From: Bugula neritina
Taxonomy: Eukaryota; Animalia; Bryozoa
Assembly (NCBI GenBank): GCA_964035545.1
Contig: OZ037773.1
Coordinates: forward strand, 2,199,751-2,263,750
Direction of reading: 5' to 3'
DNA: 64,000 bases
In this document: piece after piece, positions 30,592 through 45,000 of the stretch
Layout: every line of letters starts with the position of its first letter
How positions within the stretch are numbered: position 1 is the first letter of the stretch
The notes under the pieces: model-generated
The model's input: the letters and a program-made list of their open reading frames with translations, nothing else
Databases searched by the model: none
Told to the model about the DNA's origin: nothing
Translations under genes and position numbers: made by a program

Positions 30592-33500
30592 CAGTTGATA
30601 GGCTTAGTGGCTCGGCTTGGATTAAATCTTTGGCATATAAGAGTTTTCCAGAAGGAAGGCTCGAACATCGGAGATATAGCCATGTAAAAGAAGGGTACCT
30701 GTAGAAATATATAAACGAGGTGAATACGAACCAACAACATTTATAAAGTTATAAACTACTTCAACGTGTTCAAATGATGACTCAAACACAACAGCCTATC
30801 ACTTATTGAATTATTGTAAAACGATTGAAAATGCTTCTTGAGGAAAAATTTGAAGAGCTGTCAGAATATTTTAAGCCATTAAAGATTCTTGATAATGGCC
30901 ACTTGAATAGTATAGACAAATATTACTTATAAGTAAATAGCCGCAAATGACTGGGTGAACGGCAAAGACCATAGCAGACTAATGGCAAGCAGTAGCAGGT
31001 GTGATGGAATCTCACAAACTTACACAGCAAAATACAACAACAACAACTTCAATTGATGGAAGCAAGGTTAACATCATTAGCTACATTATATAATACAGAT
31101 GCTATACACGCACGAACACACACATACCAACGGGATGGTTCAGCATACAATTTCGGGTTTCACAAATAGCAATCTTATAATTTAGTGATCTACTCATTAA
31201 AAGTTGCAAATGTTACAAATTCAGTCCTATACACAAATTATTTTCAGAGACAGGAGGCCATGACCCTAGAGAAGGCAACTCCAAAGTAGACTCACTAAAT
31301 TTTAAAAGACTGAAGAAGTAGTGGTGTACTCACATAGTGGAAGATCCCCTCTACCACCATCAGAGTCATTATCTCCTCACTCGATAATTTATTGGAAAAC
31401 AGCAACGCCACGAGACACCTGGGAATATTCATAAGAGATAACAGGGCTGATTGGTAAAGTGTAACACATAACTATACATGGAGAAGATGGAAAATATCTG
31501 GTAGATAGAAATATTAATATACTTTTGGCATCAACTGTCGTTCAAAAAGTGAAATAAATACATTATATAAATTAAAAGGTTTATTATTCATTGTGAAATC
31601 ATTTTTTACCTGCAACAGAAATCATTTTATACGGTACCAACAAAAGGCAGCTGTGTTGCTAGTGCTAGTTGCTACTGTGTGTGCTTTAGAAAGATTTTCA
31701 ACTTGCACTCAGCATCAAAGTTGATGGACATAATTGAAAATAAATTACTATTTCTTAATTCCTTCACCCTTAGGTATAATGTAGGAGTGTATCACAGTCA
31801 CTTACATGCACCGCTCCAGGGCTGAGACAATGAAAACTATGGCCATGGAGTTAGCCCATTGGCTCCACGGGAAGCTACGAAGGATACCAACATTTCTACA
31901 ACATAAAATGTTAAGAACTAGTCAGCAGATGACTAAACCCAGCTGGAACAAAGCCCAGCTAAGACAAAGCCTAGCTGAAACAAAGCTCAGCTAAGACAAA
32001 GCCCAGCTGAAACAAAGCGTCCATATTATAAAAAGGAGATGTGAAGAGCACAATATATATCACAGAATATAGGAGGTAAAAATTCTCTATAATGAAGTGA
32101 AACCGTCACTTCAACAAATAAGATCTATTGAAACAGTTGAAACCATCACTTCAACGAATAAGATCAATTGAAACAGTTGAAACCATCACTTCAACAAATA
32201 AGATATATTAAAACAATTGTATTTTCTCAAAACATATTATCCTAACGCACACTGTATGTGGCGTGAAAATGAATCAGGTTTTTCAACAGTAAACTGAGAA
32301 TTCATCAAGTAATAACAAACCCTTTAAATGTTATTTTAAAATTTAAAACTCAGCTGGCATTTCATTAAAATGGCCAACATACTATATAAACTCGATGTTT
32401 ATGTCAAAAATTATTGTAATTTTAAACCTCTACATAGTAACCTGTGAGAGTCACCAATGATACTAATACAAAGTTTCACTTGAATACGAGTAAGACAAGC
32501 GCCCAGTTTTAAACAATGATATAATTTAGTTTAAAATTGTTACACCTCAGAACTTTCAACAGGTTACAATATACAACAGAACAGTACCTGGCAGTAGTTG
32601 TCGGCATCTGATCCTGTTTCTTAGCCTGAGTATCTTCAATCTTAGGTTTGGGGACGTCATCCTCAGTGCCTCCTACAAACAGCATATCTACTCAATGCTG
32701 CAACTTTCTAGGTTTCAAATGAATTTAATTATCAATCAATCTGCAACGGTTAGATTTACAAATGGGCCAATTTCCTGTTTTATCAACATGAAAATAAATT
32801 TTTATTTCAAGTCATACGAAAACCAAATGTGTAATGTTGAGAGAATGTGTAAGGGCATCATGCACACACTCAGTAATCTCAGTTAAGAAGCTAAACTAAT
32901 GCTGAAGCACCAATCAAATAATTCTTACTTGACTTAAAAAAATGTGTTTTCATAAAATTCTCAAGAAAACTGTATTAAGACATATTATAGCTAAAGCAAA
33001 CTGCATCTTTAAAACTGGAACTAGAACTGACCATGCAAACTACAACAAACCAGTAAGTGCAGTAGTCAGGAGGGGGGAGTAGCGAGCAGTGTGCTCTGAG
33101 GAAGGTCCTGTTATGTAATCACTAGTGGATGACACATCAGATACAGCTGACTGAGGTAAGTGATGGGAGGCAGGTAATGGGTTCAATACATTGGTGCCTG
33201 TGAATATACATTTATATATAACGAAGCTTTGTCACTAAGTGTTTTTCAGACAAACTATGTGGTAGTTTCTGCATCAGCCTAGATCTACCTACTAGCTGTT
33301 ACGAGGAAGAACACAGAGAAAATTCTAGCAAAACAGAGAAGTTTTAAATTGTAAACTTTAACTCAGTTAGCTCCTTGAAATCCTGTATCCTGAATTGACT
33401 AAAATTATCTAATGTCTTTTGTAATTAGCTTATCGACATCTTCAATAAACTGACTATAACAGAGCAAATAATAGGGATATGAAAGTACATAATGGAGGTA

Positions 33501-34790
33501 TGGCACTGAATAATGAGAAAATAAGAGGAATAAGAGTGTGGGAATGAATAGTAACAGTACGAGACCAAATAATAGACTTAGGAGTATGAATAATAAGGGT
33601 ATGAGAGCAAATTATAGACATATGAGAGCGTTTTGTGAGCATATGAGAGAAAATAATGGCTAGAGATTTTATTGTAAGCATACGAGATACAATAATAAGA
33701 AATGTTTGACTATTTAGCACTCCATCCTCAGCAATCAACAGTAAACTGGTCCAATCCTCTATTTCTTTTTAAATTTCCACACCAGGAGACAAGATGATTT
33801 AATTCATTAAATGTGGTAACTGAAATGTTAAATCAGATGTTAGCGCTTGAGCCTTGAAACAATGTGCTGTCAATTTTAAAGTGTACAGTGAAAAGTATTA
33901 CAATACTATTAAAATAGCTTTCAAACCAAGTTGTTACCGGCTAAACGAAACTGGGTGATAGAAACATTGGAACATAATTTTTAGGTTGTGGTTACCGATT
34001 GATAGCATGAAGTCATTTGCGTCAAGTTCAGTGATAGGATGATATTCAGACATGGCTTCACCCCCTCCCGCCATTCCCTTACCAAGCATACCTGTGGTAG
34101 GTACAGGAGCATTGAAACAGTAACTAATATATAGGCATACTTATGCTTACATGTAAGATGAAACAACTTTAAAGCTGATACAAAATGCTAAGTATTGGAA
34201 AGATTTCACCAATCAAGAGCGTTTTAGTGTGTAACCTGAGAAATTCCTTCAACAGCAGCCATTGTTATGAAATATACACAAAAACACACATAAATATTTG
34301 TGCTGTGTTTTTTCGTGTATAGATAAATTGGATTAATTTGAATCATTTATATTATATTATATAAAATTAAAGTAGCAAAATCTTCCATTAACATCGAGTC
34401 TGTTAGAATCAACTCACTCTAGATTTAGATGGGCAACCAAATAGCTATAAATAGTACAGATCGCCATTTATAGAATCGGCATGCCTTATTTGCCTTTGAT
34501 CTTCTACACTTTTCGTAGTGTGAGTGTGGTCTGGTGTGAGTGTGGTCTATACATTAAATACAGACTGCAGAGACTTACAGTTAACTAAAATAATGGTTGT
34601 GAGTGGTTACTATACCTTCACTATTTTCATCGTCTATAGAGCAGATAGACTTCAGGCTCTGGAAGTACTGCGCTTGCTTTGAGAATAGAGACACATTCAA
34701 ATATTCATCACATTCGTGCTCTGTTGAAAAGCAATGCAGATTACAACTCATCTCAGAAAGCATCTCACCAAACGAATAACATTTCAAAGT
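30592..34790 (-). CDS. Further putative exons with hydrophobic segments; either the 3' half of the Frizzled-CRD-like gene or a separate gene
   Basis: GT-AG-bounded open segments near 34.62-34.79k, 33.99-34.09k, 33.05-33.20k, 32.59-32.67k, 31.81-31.90k, 31.33-31.42k, 31.02-31.08k and 30.59-30.70k. The link to upstream exons is unresolved. Confidence 0.4.
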
Positions 34791-35169
34791 AGTAAGAACA
34801 TAGAGTTATGTAGACACGCATGGTACAGCAAATGGAGACATATGTTCTGGCAAGAACTTCAACTAGAACTACAATTCTTCAAGAGAATTACATAATTCAG
34901 CTATTAAAATTTCTATTACTGTTCCTAAATGAACTTAAACTGCACGGTATAAAATCATAAACACTGCATATTTTTCAATAAAAAACTATATTAAAATACA
35001 TAAAAATACTGCATTTTCTAAAACATCACTCTTGGGTTGCACCAAATAGGAAAAATACAACATAAAACAAAATGAATTATAACCTGAAATCTCTTCGCTC
35101 ACCAGTGTTGAAGCTATGTATAAACAACCACTAATTCAGTTTCCCAAAGCTACAGCCATGATTACTTAC

Positions 35170-38100
35170 CGTTCGGTTGGTGAGTTTGTTGGTAGTAGGC
35201 ATTGGCATTGCGCTTCGCCATCTCACATTTCATCTTTAAGGACTTCGTCAAACAAGGCAGAGTTAGATCGTCCAGAGGTTTCCTTTGAAACATAAGAAAG
35301 TAATTTTGAAATATAAAGATTTTTGCTTCAATTTGGGGCTGAGCTCAAATGAACATAATCAAAGCACTTAGGTATGGGTTAATGTACAGCATTATCAGTA
35401 ACGGTTAACACAATATTTAACTATAGAATTAAATATCATCTAGGTAAGATAAAAAGTAGGTTTAACAACAAATAAGAAGGGAAAACAAGCTGGCCGAAAA
35501 AATATAATCCTATGAAAAACAAAATAAGTATTTTTCACGGATTTTTATTGGTAATCAGTAATAGTGTCCTCTCGTAATGGTGAAGCAATGGCAACAAGCT
35601 TACTCAAATCCATAGCATTGCTATTGCTATAGGACACGACAAAAACAATTATAGGCTGTAAAATCCAAATATACCTAAAACTACCACAACCTTTTAATAC
35701 AATGCAGATTTGGGCACCAAGTATTCTTAATTTGATTTTGTTACCTATTTTTACACGAGGGTAAACTTACATATCAACGCTTGGCAAGGGCTCTCCCGCT
35801 GCAGGGTTTACACGTTTACCTAGAGGCTGAACTCTTGACTTGGCGAGAACTTGTAAAGTAGATTCAGTATCATCAAATCCTGAATCTTCAAGTATATAAA
35901 GTCAAACAGATCTCAAGAATCAAACAGCCAGTCGAATGTTCATCAGACAATTTAAGTTCATATATATATGCACGCGCACACACATATATACACTGCATAT
36001 TCGTACACAAGCATGCACACATACACACACATAGGTGTATATGCTGTCCCAATTTGTAGCATATACAACTACAACTTTGTAAAGCACAACAATATGGGCA
36101 GTGATTAGCCTCACCTGAACCGGAAAGTTTGAAGTCCTGCGAGCTCAGTTTAGATACGTTTGATTTCATGGCCAGATGGCTGAGTGAGTCACTTAAATCA
36201 GGTTTAGGCAGGTTTTTTACTGTTGCCATCAATAGGCCGGTCAGGATAACCCCTCCCAATAGGCCCTGGCCTTCCACCCATAGTTCCTGAACTATCCAAG
36301 CCATAAGGGAGAGGTTTGAGTTACCAGTCAAAGACTCTAACAAAATATATATATAACATACCAAATTACATTATAGATATAAATTCGTATTCACAATACC
36401 AAAAAATAATATAGTCATTATATAACACATAATATTTAATGTATTTAATATAATATATAATATAAAATATTATATGGTAGTATGAACTCTATAACTCATA
36501 AATTATATATATTTAAAGACTCTTCTAAGATGTTTACTAATACTCACTAAAGACTAGACTTTGAGTTAGCCATAGAGAAGTGTTGTATGCCAACAAAACT
36601 ATGAAGATATTCCAGTTTCTATGAAGTTGTTGAAGTGACATTGCCAAGATCTTGCTGGAGTTCTTCTTGATTAAAAAGGGAGTCATCATGAGCAGAAACT
36701 GGAAACTATGTGACGCAGACATCAGCGACATTTCGACAACATGCAGCAGGTAGAGACAGCCTAAAACATTACCAGGTATGTGACATAATACAGGGAGCAG
36801 CTATGGTCTAGGGGTTAGAGCGTTTGACTTAGTAAACACCAAGTCACGGGTTCAAACCTTAGTGAAGGCCATTGGTGATGTTAGGAAGAGTATCCAGTCA
36901 TAATTGCTCTTGTGCCCCAGGTTTTCTCACAGGGATGGCAACTATAAACTTGCGTGAGTTGTATATGTGACATAATATAATGGATAGTTAGTTAATTACT
37001 GCCCAAATGCTGAGTAGAAGAAGCAAATTTTACAGTCATATTAGATATATAAAATACTCTATACCTACAGTATCGATTTTGGATTAAAATATTATAGATT
37101 GATAAATGGTCTTTATCAGCAAAAATGTTGGTCACCAGTGGGAACTAAAATTCAATCCAATGCACATCTAATTGAGATGATTTCTTGTGTAATGAGACAT
37201 ATATAACATAAATGTTATTTCTTTCAATGCTGCAGTATACTAGCTACTCTATCTCAGCACGGAACTACTCTTACCATCATTGCCAGAAGGACAGTTCGTC
37301 AGTATGAGCAAGGAAAGATAACTCATGCTGCATTTAGCAGCACTTAGAGCCAGAATCTTCTCCATTATGGAGAGGTAGACCTTCTACAATTGATATTGAT
37401 AACTCGATTGAGCCTTCCTTTTTATTAATAATTGTTTTTACATTAACATTACAAATCTACATGGCAGAACCAATTTTTTTTCACCTCAACTTAGAAAAAA
37501 TATTTAATCGCAGTAGTCGATATAAAATGATAGACATTTTACAACTTCTTTATTTACTTATTTACACACTTTGGTGCCAGTTCACATGCACTTTGGTTCA
37601 AGTCATATACAGCTTTTACGTATTTTAATATTTACAGTTACTAAGCAACTGCACGCACCTGACGGCTGCCTATGCTGGTAGATAATGTGAGAGAAACTAT
37701 CAGAGTTCCCAACAGAATCACAACTGAAGACACAACTGGTAATGTGAAGGTTAGGTAAAATGGCATCTTTAGAATCTCTAAAGAAAGTTATAATTCTACA
37801 AGTTATGGTCTATTTATCCAAATTATTAATATCAACTGCCTTAAATACTGAAACCCTAAACCTTTCTCAACTGATACAGAAATGGCACACACCATATCAC
37901 CACAAAGATGTGTTCATGTGTGTGTACATGTGCACACGCATACACATGCACACAATTGCACATATAGATATTTGAGAAATATAAAATATAGTATTATAGT
38001 GCAATTATAAAAGCCAGTATTTTGTAGGTTTTCCCTCCCACAATTACTGGGCTAGTGTGGGTAGACTGTATTTACAACATAGAACTAAATTACAAGATTC

Positions 38101-41100
38101 TATATAATAATTATAACTTTCAATTTTTTGTTGCCATTAAAATAGTTATAACTTTATTATAACAATAGCCAACATATCACACTCTAAGTAGTAATAATGT
38201 AGTTAGAACTTACCAGCTTGTTTGTGAATTACAACTGGTCTTGGCACTTGTGATTCTGTTAAAGACATGCAGTGTAATGATAACCGTGTTACAAAGTGAA
38301 CAGATTTAAATTTTTTCTTCCTTTGCCCCAAAAAACTTGACAATTTGACACATTTGTGTTTTAAATTTTTATAGGTTGCATGTTGTTTTCATTCTTTCAA
38401 TCCTCAAGTACCTGATCCAATCACCAGTTTAGTAAAAGCAGAAGTTAATTGTATAACATACAAGCATATAAATTATAACTAATATCAGTAGCATACCAGT
38501 AATTAAATTACTTTACTCTTTATAATAGTCATAACTTTCAATGTTCTGTTGCCTTTAAAATAACTATCACTTTATTATAATAATAGCTAACATATCACAC
38601 TCTAAGACCTAAGTAGTAATAATGCAGTTAGAACTTACCAGCTTGTTTGTGAATTACAACTGGTCTTGGCATTTGTGATTCTGGTAAAGACATACAGTGT
38701 AATGTTACAGAGTGAACAGATTTAAATTTTTTCTTCATTCGCCACAAAAAACTTGACGATTTCACACATTTGTGTTTTAAATTTTTATAGGTTGCATGTT
38801 GTTCTCATTCTTTCAATCCCCAAGTACCTGATCTAATCACCAGTAGAGTAAAAGCAGAAGTTAATTGTATAATATGCAAGCATATAAATTATACAAACTA
38901 ATATCAGTAGCATACCAGTAATTAAATTACTTTACTCTTTATAATAGTCATAACTTTCAATGTTCTGTTGCCTTTAAAATAACTATCACTTTATTATAAT
39001 AATAGCTAACATATCACACTCTAAGACCTAAGTAGTAATAATGCAGTTAGAACTTACCAGCTTGTTTGTGAATTACAACTGGTCTTGGCATTTGTGATTC
39101 TGGTAAAGACATACAGTGTAATGTTACAGAGTGAACAGATTTAAATTTTTTCTTCATTCGCCACAAAAAACTTGACGATTTCACACATTTGTGTTTTAAA
39201 TTTTTATAGGTTGCATGTTGTTCTCATTCTTTCAATCCCCAAGTACCTGATCTAATCACCAGTAGAGTAAAAGCAGAAGTTAATTGTATAATATGCAAGC
39301 ATATAAATTATACAAACTAATATCAGTAGCATACCAGTAATTAAATTACAATACTCTTTATAATAGTCATAACTTTCAATGTTCTGTTGCCTTTAAAATA
39401 ATTATCACTTTATTATAATAATAGCTAACATACCACACTCTAAGACCTAAGTAGTAATAATGCAGTTAGAACTTACCAGCTTGTTTGTGAATTACAACTG
39501 GTCTTGGCACTTGTGATTCTGGTAAAGACATACAGTGTAATGTTACAGAGTGAACAGTTTTGAAAATTGTCTTCTCTTGCACCAAAAAACTTAATTGAAG
39601 GTAATGTTTTGCTGTAAACTTTTAAAATTACTTTCAAAATTTGACGATTGAACACTTGTGTTTTAAATTAAGCAAGCATAAATCTCTGAATTTTGATTTT
39701 TTTTCATATCAGTATCATACCAGTAACAGCTGGCTCTGGTCGTCGAAAAGTTCGTTCATTGATACAGAATTCATTGGCACTGGTTTTCTCGGCTAGCATA
39801 TCACACACTTCACTAACATTATACTTGAATGAAGATGAAATATTCCTGCAGTAGGACTCGCATGGGAATAATGCATTGCCATCTAAAAGAATAATACAAA
39901 TTTTAGACTTGAAATTTAAAAAAGAATATTCTCCTAAACTCATAAGTAATTGCCTAAGATAATGGATAAATTAGTAAATTATTGACAGATATCAATCATC
40001 ATTGTTTAGGCTTTAGATTATAACGAATTACAATAATAATCATGAATACTACTTTTTATATCATTCCAAGTCTCATAAAATATACATATGAATGACTGAC
40101 AAGAAATTAGACTTTGTCTTTAGGAAAATTTAAAAATAAAATAAAATAGATCATCAACTAGAGCTTTCAACAAAATATTTTTTAGTACAATTAAATAAAA
40201 TAATTGATAGGTCAATTTAAAAAATACATTTTGAAACCGCCTCTATACTATCTTATTCATATTATAGTGTACTGTAAGTAATAATTACAATAGTAATGAA
40301 TAATGTTTATAAACTATTAATATTATATTAATTATTACTTATAGTTATACACTCATATTATATAGTTAATGTTATACTAGTTATACCTAAATTTACAAGC
40401 TGAATATTACTATATTATTCTACAGATTAAGTAGTAAAACTACAAGGACTAGGAGTGCATTTTCAATATAGCTACTGATTTGATTGACTTAACATTAAAC
40501 TATGCTCATACTACAGGTACTGCTCAATTAAAAAGTATGTATAAGTTTTACTAAATAATTGAGTTGTACCACCAGACTAAATTTAGTATATTATTAATAT
40601 AATTATAACAGTAACACTAATAGTATAATACTAATAGTTTAACTTTAGGTTTAAGCAAATCAAATCGTTAGCTACATTAATTTAAAAATGCACTATTAAT
40701 ACTAATAGTTTTACTACTTTGCCATTATTACCTAAACTTGTAAATTTTAATTTTACCTGTTAGCTCACAATCGATAGGGTAGACAAGAAAACATAAGAAG
40801 TGAGTGTCAGAATCATCATAGGTATTAGAAATCGTTTTCAATTTTCTGAAAGCTCTTTTGTGCGACAACCCCATAACACCTGTATTGGTTTTGGAAGTGT
40901 ACTTCAAAAGTGCCATAAGTGGTTTATTTTGCGTAATTGACAGGGTGGTTCTGCTGAAATTGTAAGAGCTTGCCGGTGTCTTGCGTTGTTCCGTCCATTG
41001 GCTTTTGGACTTAGGTTTTTCGGTAAAGATGTCATAACAAGGGTCCTTGGGCCGTAATTTGACTTGATCACAGCTGAAGGTGTCTATGTTAATTTCTTCT

Positions 41101-41186
41101 ACGTGCAATGGTGTTGGAGAACAGGGTGCGTGTTGGAATTGAGCTGCTATTGCAGCTAGCAGATAAAATAGTACTTGCTTACCCAT
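35170..41186 (-). CDS. Orphan membrane protein with signal peptide, Frizzled-like cysteine-rich domain, repeated stalk micro-exons and multiple TM segments; 3' end unresolved. Exons 41186-40757, 39882-39721, 39518-39477, 39099-39058, 38680-38639, 38255-38214, 37777-37659, 37383-37275, 36760-36548, 36336-36115, 35885-35771, 35282-35170
   Basis: Twelve GT-AG exons join in phase with no stop. Key segments: MGKQVLFYLLAAIAA; FLCFLVYPIDC...LFPCESYCRNI...VCDML...EFC; about five hydrophobic helices. Confidence 0.7.
36791..36963 (+). mobile_element. tRNA-derived SINE with 14-bp target-site duplication
   Basis: A box TGGTCTAGGGG, B box GGTTCAAACC, central AGGAAGAGTATCCAGTC segment. TSD TATGTGACATAATA at 36777-36790 and 36964-36977. 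Confidence 0.88.
38075..39600. repeat. ~419-bp tandem repeat (~3.6 units), each carrying a 42-nt exon
   Basis: Exon ends are spaced 425, 419 and 419 bp apart; the middle units are nearly identical. Confidence 0.95.
40429..40719. mobile_element. Degenerate MITE-like inverted repeat
   Basis: Terminal AAGTAGTAAAACTA / TAGTTTTACTACTT plus internal mirrored GTGCATTTT..TAGCTA..GATTTG blocks. Confidence 0.6.
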
Positions 41187-41813
41187 GTCTCTGTCGTGGT
41201 CTGCTATTCGCGGCAACATGCCATTATTGGCTAGCATTGATCACCCGGATGTTGGATCGATGCCAACTTCGGTATCAGAGAGATGATAATCCCTTGAACA
41301 TTGATGCTTTATAAAACGCAATGATTTTAGGTTGTAGTTTATGTACAATTCACGTCAACAACAGTTTTATTTTTTAAGGTTGTCAAGATAAGCTGTGCAA
41401 CACTATATAAAAATATAGATTCATCATGCACATGTATTCTATAATTTATTTTAAAGCTGTAGCAACTTTTAAAAAAATTGAAGCGCTAAATTTTACTAAC
41501 ACATACGAACTAATACTAGTTTTTTAAAATGATTTGTCCGCAAATTAGAGCAAATTATAAATATAGTACAGTTTTATTAGTAAAACAATCATTGAATTAG
41601 GAAAAAACAATTTGTATTGTATATATTATACAGGGCGCAAGCGTATCTAGTAAGTCTTAAATAAATTATAACGTACAGAAATATTTAATTTAAAGTAACA
41701 AATAAGTTTTCTGTATAAAATCGAGAACGAATCTCGTGTTACTCGAGGATATGTCAACAACCATAGTGCTTACCACTAATTAAATTTTACCTTGATGAGT
41801 AATTATGAACCAA

Positions 41814-42017
41814 TAGTACTCAGTACTGATTGAATTAACTACTAGTACAGCTAGGTGTGATTGTAATACCCAGTACTGAATGAGTTTAACTACTGGCAGA
41901 ACTAGGTGCTAGGTGTAACAGTGGTAGTACTGATTGAGTTCAACTACTGGCAGAATTAGGTACTAGGTGTAACAGTGGTAGTACTGATTGAGCGCAACTA
42001 CTAGTAGAACTAGGTGC
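41814..42017. repeat. ~50-bp tandem repeat just 3' of the WDR92 stop
   Basis: Recurring AGTACTGATTGAG..AACTACT.GCAGAACTAGGT. Confidence 0.8.
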
Positions 42018-42035
42018 CAAGGGTGACTGTGGTGC

Positions 42036-45000
42036 TTAGTACTGATTAAGTTTGGTTGTGATAAGTACTCGCAGTGTCTGATCAAAGGCTGTACAGACAC
42101 AGAGTCCTGGCTTGTCAGGCGACCAATCAAAACTGGATATAGGTTGGGTTGAAAGAGCAGTGTTTTGAAGGAGGTCTAATGAGCCAACAACTCCCAATTC
42201 GTTTCCTTCTTCAGTTTTTACTACTCTTTTGGCTGGATAGTTGCTGCAGAAAAATAAGAACTTTGCGTAAAACTCCACTCGAAATCACATAGATAGGTTT
42301 GCAGTATAAAAAATAGGTTGACCTTATAGTAAAAGGTCAAACCTCTGTGTCAGTTTGTTTTATCAACATTAGAAAACATGACGAACATCAGTTTATTTGA
42401 TAAAAACTGTGAATTCAGATACTGTAGTAATACATGAAGTGCAGATCTCTAAATCTGCCCAATCCCAGAGTATTCAGGGCGGGCTGTGACGTGTAGCCTT
42501 CTTGAGGGAGAGATGTGAATCAACTGAATAGCATTGCTATTGTCGAACTAACACACTGCATTTCCATTCCTTCGCCTTATGCAAATGGATGCTCTTACAA
42601 TGAATTTGTGGTTGGCGTTTGCATGAACCTATGGTGGTAGTTTCATTGATGCAACTTTTTTCAAACATCAAATATAAAAAATCCATTCGCATAATGCGAA
42701 GCTTGGAAACATAGTGACAGACCCCATCATTACCTCCTTTTCAATGACACCCCATTATCTGTGTTCTTATTAAACTTATTGATAAAAACAGAACACTGGT
42801 AGGGTTCTGAAGGTCGTAGATATAGAGCAGTGGTAACTTACTACTTCCATAGGTTGAGAGTGCCAGTACCTCCGGTGGTCATGAATATATCTCTGTTCTG
42901 GGGCAGATGCTTGACGCACCAAATGGTGGACTTGTGGGCCTAAATACAGCAGCAAATATAACAGATTCAATCTCACTATCTGCTTAAAGATCAAATCGGC
43001 TACAGGGATATTGTCATTACATGTGTGTAGAAGTTGTTTGCTCTTTTATTTATGAGGAAACAAGTACTTTGTGACAAACCATGAGATGTTGATTAGCAAA
43101 ACTATATATATAAGACCTGTCAGTGTGCGCGCTAGTGTGGGTGTAAACTGTAATCCAAACAGTAATATTCATTTATTGCAAATGGTTAGTTATTCAACAC
43201 TTGGCTACATTTATAAATGGTACGCCAGTCAGATGTTATGCAAGGTAATATAATGTAGCTACTCGCCTTTTCAGATAGACTGGTGAAACCTTTGGTAGGA
43301 TGCTGTGTGCGCATGTCATAGACATAAAACTTAGACTCTAGTGTTGTTGCAACCATTTTATTCATGTCTATGTCCTTTCTGTCAAACTCGATGCCTACAA
43401 CCTGAAAGAGAACACAACTCCATACAAGGATATGGTACTTGAATAGACGAAATCAAAGAAGAAATCTTACATAGAAAAACATAATTAATTCAGAATGCTG
43501 GTTGGGAATTGAGCAAATAATCAACTCAAAATTGAAATGAAACTAAAATAAAACATAAACTATATTTACAAAATTCATTATTTGCCTAAAGCAAGCTGAA
43601 AACAGACTAAACATAGCTATGTCCCCAGCGAAAGTTGTCTGAATTGTTAACTTGTTAACTATGAAAACGACACATGGACAGAAACTAAATATTCAAATAG
43701 CAGTATTTGATGCAGGCATACCCCGTTGTGTAGATTATGCTCCCATCTTAGCGCCATCTTCCGCAAATCAAATAACTTAATATCTCCATTATCGTACCCG
43801 GCAGCTACACACCTGTCATGGACGTTGAATGCGTGACCTAGAAATATTACATTACATAGAAAAAATACTAAATAAAAACAGAAAGAATTCATCATTTTGT
43901 TGACCCCAGCTAGTGAAAGAAATTCAAAAATAGATACATGTACATTTACAGAATGACTTACTCTACCTAATTTAAAAATAATGTTCTCTAAAACTTTTCT
44001 CTCCAACATAAACGATCAGACATCGCTTAATACTTGAGATACATTACTATAACAAATGTTATAGCATCACCTTGGGTGGCCTAAGACACTTACTAACATC
44101 ATACGGTGTGAAAAAAAAACTTGAGCTACTTCAATTTATAAAAACAAGAAAAATGTTGGCAATGCTAAAATGAGTGAATTATAACAGACTGCATATGGAT
44201 CATTTTACTTAATTTAGCACACACTCGAAATTTTCAGTTTTTAGCTACTATTCACAATTTAGCTGCTAATGTGTAAGGGTTTTGCTATGAACTAATAACA
44301 TTTAAAAAATACAACTAAACAATCAAGGCTCCTTTCAATTTTGCTTGACTTATGATTTTTTTAATTAGTTGACTTGGATTTTCGGACTGTCACAAAAACC
44401 CGTGACAGTCCAAAAATTTTAAGTAGCTAAAAGATTAGGAAAAAACATGGTGAATTAAGTAAAATTAACAATAACCTTGATTACTTAGTTGTATTTATTG
44501 ATATTTTATTAGCTTTTGGCAAAAACCCATATACATTAGAAGCTAAATTGTGAAAAATAGCTAAAAGCTAGAGATTACCAGTGCATGTACTAACAGAAGT
44601 AAAGAGGTCCATATACAGATAACTTACCGAATGCCACGGCCCAGCAGTCTCTCTTTGTCTCCCCCTCTCCAGGCTCCATTGTAGCTACAGGATCATTTTT
44701 CTGTCGTGGATCCCATACTTTGACCAGACCATCTCTGCTACCGGTAACCAGTTCTGGTGCACCTAACAAACACATCAATAAGACAATAACATCAATACTT
44801 TTACAGATGGCCTAAAGTAATTCAATATGAAATTGGCCCAACTACAAGCACACTATGAGAGAATTTATAAATCAACAGCAACATGAATAAACTGAAAAAG
44901 CTTTGAATTCTAAAATAAGAAACACAGCTATTGAATGATTTCAATTTATAATACTTTAACCGAAACAAGTAAGAACATTTACATACAAAAGCAGACATCT

